From positions 25,730,001 through 25,794,000 of the forward strand of contig NC_043021.1 in the NCBI RefSeq assembly GCF_006345805.1: a stretch of DNA of 64,000 nt, written 5' to 3'. The stretch is from Octopus sinensis (Eukaryota). A model generated the notes under the pieces. The model did not search any database, was not told the DNA's origin, and worked only from the letters and a program-made list of their open reading frames with translations. A program made the position numbers and the translations under genes. Positions within the stretch are counted from its first letter, which is position 1, and each line of letters starts with the position of its first letter. Below are positions 39,146-52,500 of the stretch, piece by piece.

Positions 39146-40101
39146 TATGCAGCAGACTGACACAAGTCTGAAGGACAAGAGAGTGGGACTGGTTCAGCAC
39201 AAACCAAGTGCATTGTAATAATGTTCATCCTGTAAGTTATTCAGCAAACCAAAACACCGACACCAACAGCATCACACTTTCTTAATGAGTCCAGTGGCAA
39301 TAGGGAAAGAGGCAATGGGGACAAATAGAAAAGGCTACCGGATGTCTACAGCTTCGACACTGCACCTAGGCAGCAGCCGTAGGGTGATGATTGTTTTCCA
39401 CAAACTGGAGGCAGATGTGTATTTTGTACCCTCTTAAGATGAAGAACACTGTACGGTTGTGTCTTGCTGAACCATTATCACTCAAAGAGATTCCAACAAC
39501 AACAACAACCACTATTATCCCACTCATGTAAGAGTTAGACTTTTGTTCCATACAGTCACTAGTGAAAAACATACTCCAAATAGATTAAAAGATTACTCTT
39601 TTCCATGCACCTCCACTTGAAGTGTATGTATGGCAGTAAAAGATGAGCTGATGTAGAGCATATATGGTAATGAAAGATGAGATAAGGAGGTGTGTATATG
39701 GCTATGAAAGATGGATATTTATTGCAGATCTATTAGGATTTTTTGGATAATAAACTGAATTTAATCCACATCCTGACCTGAACAGGAGCTCTTTCTTACC
39801 CCCACACACTATCAGTTGTGATGTACTCTATGATTCAGTTGTCCAACAGCATCCATTTTTATTCAGAGGACATCACTTTCCTCCCATACCCAAGTGTCCC
39901 CCACATGGAACCTTGACATTTCACACCAGACTGGCTCTGATTTTATGAACATAGACTACAAACACACCCTCTGATGGGCTCAACCCAATAATTTTTCTTT
40001 CAACACAGCAAGAACCACATCTTTTCAGTGACAGCATATACAACCCTTTCAACATTTGCTGATCCTCTACAAAATTTAAGTGTGCACACACACACACACA
40101 C

Positions 40102-40162
<61 letters not shown>

Positions 40163-41809
40163 CATGCACGCATACATGCACACACACATTCATTCATTCA
40201 TTCATTCATTCATTCATTCATTTATTCTAAACCATATGAACAGAAAAACCACATCATTGACTCCCAGACATGTTTAAGCCTCTGGCACATAGATGTACTG
40301 TTTCATTTCCTTGCCTGCCTTTTTTGCTGCAACTACACTTGTTTCTGCTCCTGAGATCTGGACTAGTGTGTTATGCTTCTTTCACTCAATCACTTTTGAC
40401 TCATTTGTTTCTCCTCTTCTCATCACCCATCGCAAACAAAAAGAAAAGAAATAGGGCAACATGGGAAAATAGAAGCTAAAACAGATTAGTCTTATATTAT
40501 AGTAATGTAAAAGCAGCAAGCTGGCAGAATCATTACCATGGCAAGCAAAATGCTTAGAGATATTTTGTCCATCTTCAGGTTTTGAGTTCAAATTCTGCTG
40601 AGGTGAACTTTGTCTTTCATCCTTTTGGGGTCGATAAAATAAGTACTAGTTGATCACTGGGGTTGATGTAATCAACTTGAACCCCTCTCCCAAAATTGCT
40701 GGCCTTGTGCCAAAATCTGAAACCATATTATAGTTATGTATGCAAATCCAAGAACGTTGCTTTTTGAATTCACACATCAATAAATGTTTTATCTTCTGAA
40801 ATAAGTTAACGAAAGAAGCGAAAGAGAAAAGGAAGGAGAATGAATGAGTGAGGGTATGGTATGTATACATACATAACCTCATGTATAGATGTATGTACAC
40901 ATACGTCATACAAATTCCCTGCATATTTCCGTACAGTGAAATGTTAAATTGTTAATACACATTTTATTTTTATAGAAGTTTTTGTTATTTTATTTTTGTC
41001 ACTTTTGTTTTGTTTTTTAGTATTATTTGACATTCCAAACATTTATAATTTGGCTTTTGCCTGGTATTCTACAGCTGAATTCTTGAAGTTTGTTTTTTGA
41101 TTTATAGACCTGTTTTTTTTTTTGTGCCAAAACATAAATACGTTTTTTTTAATGTCCTTTTTGTAAATTACATGAATTGAAATAGTTTTAGAAATTGAAG
41201 CATTGGCATAAATTGTTTGACTAGATATTTGGCACTGCACTGACCTGCATGTAATTCTTCAAGCAGTTTCTTAATAGTATATTTGATTCCTGAAACACAG
41301 CACATCTACATTCTTCTCCCTATTCTGAAATCAGTTACTGATGGAATTGACTTCTCTTTTAACCTACTTCAGAAAAAGCTAATAAGATATATCCTAGTTG
41401 TTGGCTGAGATCCTTGAAATGGTCAGCTCACTTTTTTTATTTTGGCCAGTGGCTATGACAAAAAATGCTGTTTGGTGGTCATATTTCAAAAGGTTTGGGC
41501 GTAATTTTAGCTCACTGTTCAATCCTCATCAACTTCAAGTTCAACTTGCAGCAGAAAGTGAAAAGTAAAAGAGGAAGATGCCATTTGTTGTTTATCAAAT
41601 TCTATCAAATGTTGGTACAAGTGGTGCCTATAAGTGGGCTGTTATTTGAATTCTGCTGGAAGAGTAAGAGAAGCTGTGTACACTGTAGTCCTGAATGAAA
41701 AATGAAGACTACAGAGATGTATGTGATATGCAAGACAAATGATAAGAAATAACTTTAGTGGTGAGAGCAGTAGAGGCAGCCAATCTCAGTGAGTGGTTGT
41801 GTTTGTTGT

Positions 41810-42190
41810 TAATGTTGGCAACTGGTAATGTGCACTTGGTAATATCAGTCACTAGTAGTGTTCATTGGTAATTGCCAGTAACCAGGAATATAATGCTAAT
41901 ATTAGTAACAGATAGTGTGCACTGCTAATGTCAACAACTGGTAGTGTTTATTGCTAATTGCCAGTAACTAGGAGTGTGTTGGTAATATTAGTAACTAGTA
42001 GTGTGTGTTGATAGTGTCAGTACCTGATAGGAGCTACTAGTGTATGGGTTGGTAATACCAGCAACTTGTACTGTACACATGTGTGATTGTGTTTGCTGAT
42101 GTCAGCAACTAAAAGTATATTGCTAGTGTTAGTAACTAGTAATATTTGTTGCTAATGCCAGCAACTGGTAGTCTTTGTTGTTATCACCTG
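41810..42190. repeat. Degenerate ~27-33 bp minisatellite
   Basis: Recurrent unit resembling GCTAATGTCAGCAACTGGTAGTGT. Confidence 0.6.
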
Positions 42191-42873
42191 TTGGCATAAT
42201 ATCCCTAATACTTTTTATATTATACATTTCCAATGAATCTAAAGCAGCTAAACAAATAAATCCTATGGAAACAATCCTCTCATAATTGAGGGTGGTTGGG
42301 TGGGTTGAGGGTTAAAATCTACTTCCATTGCCTACCACCCTGTGGTTAAACTACATCCATTTGGTCATTTTTTTCCCCCAGTCATCTGATTCTAGTTATT
42401 GCCTAATATCCTGATGTGAAAAGCAATAAATCTGTCAGACTGTATCGTACCAAATGCACTATTTCTTTAGTATGGCATTTGACATTTCAAGTAAATTAGA
42501 ACAATAATAATGTGGGCTTCTTGCTTTGAGGAGATTTTTTCGTGTGATATGTTTGTTAGCCTCAAAAATTTAGAAATTTTTTGTTCTTTAACCATTAAAC
42601 CCAATGAATTATTTCTGATGAGCAATCTATGATAGAAGCTTACAACTTGTATTAGTTTGACAGTCATGGTATCTTGTATGCAAGTAACAGGCCACAATAA
42701 GATTTGTTGTTTTCTTTTTTCAATGCTAAACACACTGGTTTCTCTTTAGTATTGACTTAAAGTGAAAGGCAAAATACTCAGATTTCCAGTATAATGTGAA
42801 AACATTTTCACCTGAAAAATTTATTGCGGTTCAGCTAATAAAATGATTAAAAAGCCATGACTATAATATTTCA

Positions 42874-42924
<51 letters not shown>

Positions 42925-42983
42925 CTGGACAGTACAACTGAATGTTTATTTCATTACAACTAAATCAGTTATATCTATATCCG

Positions 42984-43034
<51 letters not shown>

Positions 43035-43084
43035 GATCATGTGATTTGTATATGTATGTGTGTGTGTATACATATATATATATA

Positions 43085-43430
43085 TCATCATCATCGTTTA
43101 ACGTCCATTTTCCATGCTGTCATGGGTTGGACAGTTTGACTGAGGACTGGCAAGCCAGTAGGCTACACCAGGTTCCAGTCTGATCTGGCAAGGTTTCTAC
43201 AGTTGGATGTCCTTTCTAATGCCAACCACTCTGAGAGTGTAGTGGATGCTTTTTACATACCACCGGCACAGGAGCCAGTCGTGGGTCACTGGAATCAACC
43301 ATGCTTGGATGGTGCTTTTTATGTGCCCCTAACACAGGAGCCAGTTGGGGGTACTGGTATCAACCATGTTCAGATGGTGCTTTTTATGTGCCACCAGCAC
43401 AGGGTGTCAGTCAGGCGGAATGGGCATCAG
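43085..43430 (-). mobile_element. SINE family C ((GAT)n, RTE-like tail) with three internal ~60-bp tandem units
   Basis: The plus strand shows CATCATCATCGTTTAACGTCC...CCATGCT and a repeated GGATGGTGCTTTTTA(C/T)GTGCCACC..CAC. Related copies lie near 5960-6180, 6830-7060, 36800-36936, 46200-46410, 52640-52860, 54410-54630 and 61415-61710. Confidence 0.7.
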
Positions 43431-45000
43431 CCACAACTAGGATTTTGATTTTGATTTTACTTGACTCAATAGGTCTTCTCAAGTGCAGTTTATCACCTGA
43501 CAATTTAAGAGTACTTTTAAATGGGCTGGTTATGCAACACTGGTTATAGCCACAGCTGTGATATCATTTTACTTGCTAGGTCTTCTCAATCACAGCCTAT
43601 CTCCAAAGGTCTCCATTTATATACATATACATACACACACACATACACACACACCCACAATGTCAGAAACAATTGTTATTGTTATTTATATCTGAGGCAC
43701 AAGGCATGAAATTGGAGAAAAAGTGGGTAGTTAATATATCAAATCAACCCCAGTATGTGATGTAACTGACACTTTCTTTAACTGACAGTGTAAGGACAAA
43801 AGGTATTCTGGTTTGGTTTGTCCAGAGTGTCTAATGAAATACTTATCTTGGGATAATCCTTTATCCATCAATTACTACTGTAATGTGTTTGGATCAATAA
43901 ATGTTTTCCCATGGGTTTATTTATAATCAATTACCATGAAACTTACTTTTAAGACTGAAAACAACCCTGTCAAGTGGTTATTGCACTTTTTGATGACACC
44001 AAAACTTGGCTGTAAACTGCCAATTAGATCCAAGAAAAAAAAATACATATATGCACAAAGAAAGCATTCATGTAATTGTGGTAATGTATGCAACACAGAT
44101 GGCAGACATGCTTTTCAAGTAGAGTGAACAATAGGAAAATTATTCCTTACAACATTGTCAACAATCTTCAACATAAGTGCCTTTTATCAGCAGGGGTTAG
44201 CAAACATCATTGAACTGTTAAATTTGTTTAATGCAAACCTATTTCCCTTGAATGATAAAACATTAATACTTCCACAAAATGCAAAGCACTCATGATGTTT
44301 CTTACCTACCCTCTTTTAATGGTGATGTGCTTCCAGTGCTATACAGGAGTAGATTTGACACCTGCTTCACATCAATAAAACAGAGTCATGTCATAACCCC
44401 CTATGAATCTCTGATAAGAGGTCAGTGCCCTTTTAGGAAGGGCTTAGATGAAACATTGAAATATTCCTACGTACAAATACAATCATATTTGTCTGCTATA
44501 TTATAAAAATATTCTGAACAAAGCAATAACTTATATGTAATTACAGACAGGTACTGGTGACAAATTTCATTAACAGACACACCCACAGCAAAAAAAAGGG
44601 TGGGTTTGATTATTTCTAGTGTTTAAATACAATCATGCAAAATGTGGTTATTAAGAAAAATATTAAGGGTTACCTAACAAAAATATTGATTGGGCAAGAA
44701 AGAAAGAGAAACAAATCCAATCATTTTTTTTTCTTTCTTTTGTTTCATCGGTGGAATTATATCCTTCACTGTTACTTACTAATGCTGTAAGGAATTAGCT
44801 TAATATATTGGGTCACCTAAATAATGTGTTTTTTTTTAACTGCATCAACTAAAAGTCAGATAGTGATGGGATAAATTGCCTGCAACAAATTGCTGTAAAA
44901 GCAGGTAGTAATTTTACCTTGTCCTTATTCTTAATGCAAGTTTTGATGAATGCAGTTTGATTTTAACAGTTATTTTTTCAAAGCTACAGTGGAAATGACA

Positions 45001-45860
45001 AAGGAGCATATTTGGCATATTTTGTTTTATGAGTTCAATAAAAGCAACAACACAATGGAAAATGCAAGGAATATTTAATGCAGTATATGGAGATCGGACA
45101 ATATGTGTAAGCTAGTGTCAATGGTGATTCCAGAAATTCCAAGCTGGAAACTACAGCCTAGAAGATGAGCCTCATCTTGGAAGATCTGTAAAGCATGACG
45201 AGGGCATCCTACAAACCCTGGTGGAGCAAAATCCCATCGTAACTGTTGAGGAACTAACAGAGAAGCTTGGATTTGGTCATTCAACCATTCATCAACACCT
45301 GCATGCCATCAGAAAAGTCAGCAAATTGGGTCAGTGGGTTCCTCACAAACTTTCTGAGTCTAATTGCATGCAGAGTGAATATGTGCTCTTCTTTGCTGTT
45401 GCATCTCACAAATGAACCTTTTTGGCACTGAATAGTGACTGGTGACAAGAAATAGGTTCTCTATAAAAATGTCAAGCACTGAAGACAGTGAGTAGGGAAA
45501 AAGGAAACACCAGCACCCCAGGCTAAAGAAGGTCTTCACCCATGTAAGGTGTTGTTATCTATGTGGTGGGGTTTAAAAGGTTTAGTCCACTTTGAAATTT
45601 TTAACCCAAACCAAACAATAACAAAGGAGATCTAGTGTGGGGAGCTTGAGTGGCTTAAGTCAGCACTAGAAGAAAAATGACCATCTTTGGTTTCAAGACC
45701 AAAGCTGTTCTTCCATCAGGATAATGCTTGACCACATACAGTGAGGATGACATTCCAAACACTGGAGTAGTTTTGATTGGGAAACAATGCTCCACCCACC
45801 ATATTCGCCGGACATTGCCCCATCTGGTTATCATTTATTCTGCAGTCACGGAAAAATATG
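45001..45860 (+). pseudogene. Decayed mariner transposase (SETMAR/Hsmar1-like)
   Basis: Contains SKLGQWVPHKL, IVTGDKK, HQDNA and HPPYSPDIAPS motifs, with many stops and frameshifts. TIRs were not recognised. Confidence 0.85.
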
Positions 45861-46096
45861 AATTCTGATGATGATGATCCTTTCTACAAAAGGTAAAAGG
45901 CCTGAAATTTGGGGGAGGGGGATAGTCAATTACATCGACCCCAGTGTTTCACTGGTACTTATTTTATTGACCCCCAAAAGGGAGAAAGGTAAAGTTGACC
46001 TCGGCGGAATTTGAACTCAGAATGTGGTGACAGACAAAATACCACTAAGCATGCTAGCAATTTCGTGCTAACAATTTCGCCAGCTCACCACCTTTC

Positions 46097-46128
<32 letters not shown>

Positions 46129-46385
46129 TAACAACAACAACAACAACATACTTTATTAACTAATATATGAGTGCCTGTCATTTTTGACTAATGGATTTTT
46201 AGTGCTGGTGGCATGACAAAAAAGCAACCAATACACTCTGTAAAGTGGATGGTATTAAGAAAGGCAACTAGCCGTAAAAAAAAAAGGAAAAAAACCATGC
46301 TGAAGCTGACATTGGAGCTCAACATTGCCCCAGTTCCTGTCAAACTATCCAACCCTCAGTAGCTTGGAAAACAAACGTTTAGTGG

Positions 46386-46417
<32 letters not shown>

Positions 46418-46679
46418 GTTGTGGTGGTAAATATTGTCTTGAGTCAGCATGTCAACACTTTAGTTATATATCTCAGTTAGGTTTCAACTAACAACATTAA
46501 AGAGTTCAGGGTATGGTTTATTTTAGAAGTACTGTTTCATGGCTTTTTCTTTCTTTCTTTTTCTTTTCATACCCGCTTCTACTAATTACAAACTTATGTA
46601 GTATTTCATTCCTGACCACTGTTTAATTCTGGGTGTTCTGTTCTGTTACAATAACAGCTTAACCTTTTTGTATTTTTAG

Positions 46680-46808
46680 ATCCAACTTTAGTGAATGAAA
46701 CTGACTGTTTGGGCAGGACTCCATTGATGTATGCTATTCACTATAATCAGCTGGAAGCTTTGAAATGCCTTCTAGAAAAAAATGCTGATGTCAATATATC
46801 AGCTCATG
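46680..46808 (+). CDS. Internal ankyrin-repeat exon, ANKRD55/inversin-like
   Basis: Acceptor ttgtatttttag|AT and donor CAT G|GTAAGT. 129 nt, phase 1-1. Joined to 16992 it gives MQ-D-PTLVNETDCLGRTPLMYAIHYNQLEALKCLLEKNADVNISAH, a canonical GxTPL...LL..GADVN ankyrin repeat that resembles recalled ANKRD55 [20 protein letters not shown]. No later exon was found in the window. Confidence 0.85.
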
Positions 46809-47374
46809 GTAAGTCAATTATTATTATTATTTTTTTATTGACCATAGGTGATCAGGTACATCACAAAACCCACATGTGCATGCACCCTTAAGCTCATGCT
46901 TACACACTTTACACTAAGTACTATGGATGACTAATATCAAAGAATATTTTTTTACTCTCCCTTTTCCTTAATCAATGGTAATTTAGTCAATGAGCTTCTT
47001 TTATATTGACTATTTCATTATTTTATCATTGGTTGCTCAGTGCAGACTTTGGGGCTGGAAAAATTCAATTGTTGACCTAGTAGGAAAAAATGCAACATTT
47101 TTTAATGCTTAAATGCTTATTTTACTACTACATGTAGTTTATATGAGATTGCTTTAAATACTGTCTTTCTATTGTCAAGATAAGGAGTGAAACAAATTAT
47201 AAATGGTATTTTTTATAATAGCAATGGTTTTGAGGGAACAAGGTATTTTATGTCAACTGTATTTGTGCCATAAGGAATTCCTTATGATGTATGTATACAA
47301 CAAAGTAATTCATTGCCTTTGGCTCCAAATCTTATCCACTGCAGTCAAGCAAGGACATCTTATTTTATTATTTA

Positions 47375-48289
47375 CAAGCAGTATCGCCCGGCATTGCTCG
47401 GGTTTGTAAGGGAAATAACTATATAAGCATTTTTAGTGAGTTATAGCAAAAAAATAGCAAAAAATGCATTAAAAATGGAATAAAAAATGATTGTAATTTT
47501 TTTTTTAAATCGTTGACTCATCGTAGACATTTTTAGAGAGTTACTTCCCTTATATAATAGCGAAAAATGCATTAAAATGGAATAAAAAATGATGGTAAAT
47601 TTTTTTTTAAATCGTAGACTCATTGTAGATGTGCGCTACTACCCAGAAGGGCTCGATATGAATCACGACTATAAGATACCCGGTTTTGGTTACACTGCAC
47701 CGCAAAATGTGGGAGTAGTTAGGAATCTAAATCGTAGGAGACAGACACACAACCTTACTTTTATATATAAAGATTTGTGCAACAACTAAAACATTCGGTT
47801 GTGCAAATTGTTTGCAGAGGAAACCTGCCCTGTGTGGCGGTAATTGCTGTTTTTGTGGATCTGTTTCAGCTTTTTTAGCGATTTCTGTTTTGGCGACTTC
47901 AAGCCATGAAGTCGTTGTTCTAAAAGAACGCTGGTCTCCTTGACAATGCATTACGACGTTGATTTCCTTACACTCCCTTCCCCACAGCTTCACGAGGGAG
48001 GGAAGAAGGGGGAGAAGCAACACAGGTGCAGGTGTGAGCGTGGACGCCAACTCCACCGCCATCGACACACGAAAAAATATGCATTAAAATGGAATAAAAA
48101 ATGATGTTAAATTATTTTTAAAATCGTAGACTCATTGTAGACGCGCGCTAATACCCAGACGGGCTCGATATGAATCATGACTATAAGATACCCGAATTTG
48201 GTTAAACTGCACTGCAAAATGTGGGAGTAGTTAGGAATCTAAATCGAAGGGGACAGACACTCACACAACTACAGTTTTATATATATAGA
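47375..48289 (-). mobile_element. Compound non-autonomous Helitron: two 5' ends (48289 and 47773) sharing one 3' end
   Basis: Minus-strand starts A|TCTATATATATAAAA (48289) and A|TCTTTATATATAAAA (47773), each followed by a ~200-bp homologous block. 3' hairpin CCCGAGCAATGCCGGG plus CTTG at 47375-47378. Confidence 0.7.
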
Positions 48290-48667
48290 TTTCAGTCAAG
48301 TACAGCAATTGTCTATAGCTATTCCAGAAAGGTAAAGTCAATAAAATCAATTCTACAAATCCAATGTTTGTAGGGTAAACATCTGCAGGAAAAGAGTTTT
48401 TGAGAGTTGCAATTTTGGAGACAGAGAAAAGGAAGGATTGCTCCATATGTTTAATACAGAGGGGAAATGTAGAGGATTGCACCAAGTGAATATGGGTGGT
48501 GGTGGTGGTATATATGCCACTATCTTAGGTGTCTTTATCAGAGTTCATTCTATTCAAACCAGGTATTTCCACATGGCCAGGCATGTTTTTCATAGAAAAA
48601 CTGGAAACAAACAATATCAATTGTGTGATGGTAATACTTACAATCATCACATGATGTCGCAATAAGG

Positions 48668-48713
<46 letters not shown>

Positions 48714-49131
48714 GGATTTCTTTCAGTTTCTGTCTACCAAATCCACTCACAAGGCTTTGGTCAGCCCAGGACTATAATAGAAGACACTTGCCCAATATGC
48801 TGCAGAGTGGGACTGAACTTAGGACAACATGGTTGGAAAGCAAGCTTCTTAACCTCACTGCCAAATATACTCTATTATATCTTTAACAATTACATTTCTA
48901 AATTTTACTCTCATATTAGAAACCAAAATTGCTGAACCTTTTTATTCAATTCAGTTTTCTTCTTTTAACCTAATAAGATGTAACTTAATAACTTAGGCAA
49001 TATATAAGACACTTTAGTGCTTATGATAGAAGTTTATGGCTAAAACAACTTCAGAGTACTACTTAGCTTATTAATTTTGAATTTTTATCAGTTTTAACTC
49101 TTGAAGACAAGATATAAAAAAAAATGATCAT

Positions 49132-49511
49132 ATAGGTGCAGGCATGACTGTGTAGTTAAGAAGCTTGTTTCCTAACCATGTGGTTTTGGGTTCAGTCCCA
49201 CTACACGACACCTTGGGCAAGTGTTCTACTGTAGCCCCTGGCCAACCAATGCCTTGTGAATAAATCTGGTAGATGGAAACTGTGTGTGTGTGTGTCTCTC
49301 TCTCTCTCTCTCTTCGTATCTGTGTTTGTTCCCTCTGCTCTCTACTGCTTGACATCAGCTGTTGGTTTGTTTACATCCTTGTAGCTAAGTGGTTCAGCAA
49401 TAAGGACAGATAGAATAAAAGACTTAAGTACTGGGATTGAATTGTTTGACCAAAATTCCTCAAGGTGGTGCTCTAGCATGGCCCCAGTCCAATTACTGAA
49501 ACAAGTAAAAG
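49132..49511 (+). mobile_element. SINE family A copy
   Basis: The A-box/B-box head, core and GAAACAAGTAAAAGA tail are colinear with other copies. Confidence 0.75.
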
Positions 49512-52500
49512 AAAATATTTGAAGAAAGTAAATACTGAATCCTTTTGGTAATTTTTGCAGTGAATCTAAATGAGTTTGTATCAGTTCTACATCAGGTCAG
49601 TTTGTGATTGAAAAATAAAGCATCAGTCAAGTACTGAGGTCAAGATTAGCAACTACCCAACTCGCCTCAAAGCTGCTGGACCTGCACCCAAATCAGGATC
49701 GATTATTACTTCTCTTATACTTCAACAGACTTTATGTTCCCTCTTTAGCTTTTTCATGCCAACATGTCTGAAGTTGTCCCTCTCATACTCTATTTTCTGA
49801 CATACAAATCAACATAGTATGTAGTGTTAACATGTGAATCCAGTCAAACATCATCACTATCTTCCTAAATCCTGTTGCATTTCACATGAAATTTTTGGTT
49901 TACTAAAGCTGTTTTGATGTGTAAATCAACCTTCCTTTTTGGGCTATAAATTTTGGTCTGAAAAATTCAGCTTGTATGCCGAAAAATACTTAAAACTTTT
50001 GATTTTAAAGCATTCATCTTTTAATCAAATTCTTCAATATAACCTGAGAGCATAAAGGCATAAACGTTTTTTGTTTGGCAAGATTCTTGATGTGAACTCG
50101 TGTGTTGAAACATAATCTGTTGTGTCTCAGGAGAGTCATTACGCCAATAATAAACACATGCACTGGTTCTTTTTCACTTCTTTTTTTTTATTGCTCAATT
50201 GATTAAACCATTTAACCAATAAACTAATCAACTGTTTGCTTAATCAATCAACCAACCAACCAACCAACCAACTAACCAATCAATCAACCAATCATTCAGG
50301 TTTGTCAAAGTCCTTTCATCACCATTCACTATCTCATCAATTACATGCCCTTTTTTACTCCCCTTTGCATCAATACCAGTTTAGTGAAAAAATTACTTAC
50401 ACTTAATCCCTACAAATTCTTGATTATTTTCAAAATTAATTAAAACCTAAACGCTCTGTGTAGTTCACTCTGTGTAGTTCGTTAGAAATGCATTTTAGTA
50501 TTGATGGTTACAAAAGGGTGAAAACTATTTACTATAAACAAACTCACCCTTCCCAGTTTTCTTTTCACTTTTAAACTTCTCTATCTCCTGAAACCTACTT
50601 TTCAGCTGTTTACATTTCCTCCCAAAACATTCCTTTGAGCTCAGGATTAATGTTACTCACCACCACCACCACCATCATTATCTTCATTGCCATCACCACC
50701 ACCACCACTACCACCAACACTACCACCACCGCCACCATCCCCACTTCCATACCACTGCCAACCACCACCACCACCAACCACCACCAACAACAACACTACC
50801 ACTACCAACCACCACCACCACCATCACCACCACACTCTTTCAAGTTCCACTCACATGTACTGCCAGCTGTGTCTGAGTGGTACAATGTTGCCACCAGCCT
50901 GTGTCTATGAAACCACAATAGTTTTCTCTCTCTTCCTCCCTCTCTCTCTCTCTCCTCTCTCTCTCTTCCTCTCTCTCTTTGTCTATTTCACTCTCCTTAA
51001 ACAAAAGCTTCAACTTTTTCCTCTTCACTTTCATCCCATTACCACCATCAGCCAGCTAGCAGCCAGTCTGCTAACCAAGGAAACTAAGCTGTTATGAAAT
51101 ACTACTACTGCAACCCATTCTACCTATCCACAAGAGTACAAGGGGGTAGGGAAGCTTTTTACTACTTGGGGGCAAATTGTAAATGCATAAAAACATGTGA
51201 AGGTGTGTCTCTGTTTTGAAAACAATGAGTCTTTAATTCTATAAATTCTATCAGCATGTTAAATTAAATTCCTAGTTTGGTCTTGAGGCTAAAATCTTTT
51301 TCTCGTGGATTTTTAGACTTCATCAGTGAATAGTTTCAAATTTGAGGGTGGATGAAAATTTTTTATCCCTTAACTCTATGTGGTTACACAATCTGCTAGA
51401 AATAACAGTCAAGTCTCTCTGGCTCTAATCATACCCAACCCAGTGCCATCTTACAACATGGACACACTAGGCAGTTGCCCGTTGGGGGTTTTATGGGTCT
51501 AGGGACCCAATTCTATACTATATATGTTGTAGCTTACTGTCAAATATCAGAGGACCCAGTGCATTGATTTGCCTGACCCTATCATCTTAGAAAGTAGCAG
51601 ATATCCCTGAAAAGACAGGGGATGAGAATCATGGCTTGTATGGGGTTTCCCTGACACTAAACAACAGTTACAACCTATCCTAATCTAATCTATGATTATC
51701 ATACATTGCTATTTAGTTCTTCCTACTACACCAATTACCTATGGGGCGAATGAGGGAGACTTGTTGAAAATAGCAGCCAAATCTCCCTCAAATCATACAC
51801 CTACAGTATTCTCAAAAAAAAAAAGACATCTGGGAAAACATAGTCATTGATGCACCAACTGAAACAGAGGGGGAATGGTCATGGTTGGAATAGTTTTGAT
51901 TATAGGCCTGCTACTTATCCAGACCTCACCATGAGCTAAACAACCACAACTACTTATTTATCTCCCCACATAGCTCCTTCCCAGTTCTCATAATGTGGAG
52001 GTGGGAGGCTGCTTGTACCTATCTAGACCTTCCATGTGTCCCCCATCCCCACTCATCCTATCAGTTATCTAGTCAACTACCAACACAATTGTTTACATAC
52101 CTACCTATTTGCCTACAGAGCAATTTAAACCCTAGACCCACTGACCCAACTGTACTTGTGCTATGTCTACCAACCCTGTCTGTCTGCCTGCCTACCTGCC
52201 TGTCTGTCTGTTCATTTGTCCATATGCATGCCTATACCTACCTACCTACATATGTAAATACCTACCTACTCCCCCATCTACCTTCTTACTTAGCCACCCA
52301 GTAAGCATTCAGGTACACCCCCCCCCCCCCCCGGCCCTACCCCGAATATGCAGCTGAGCATACCAGAGCAGAGAATCATGAAGCATGTTTGTTACCATGA
52401 AGCTGCACGGAACACTGACAGTAACAAAACATGCTCATACACATACGTACATGCAGATACACACATGCATGCACACACACACACACGCACGCACTCACAC

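Noticed and set aside
45075-45860. SETMAR gene
   Set aside because: Only a decayed transposase with stops and frameshifts is present, with no SET domain.
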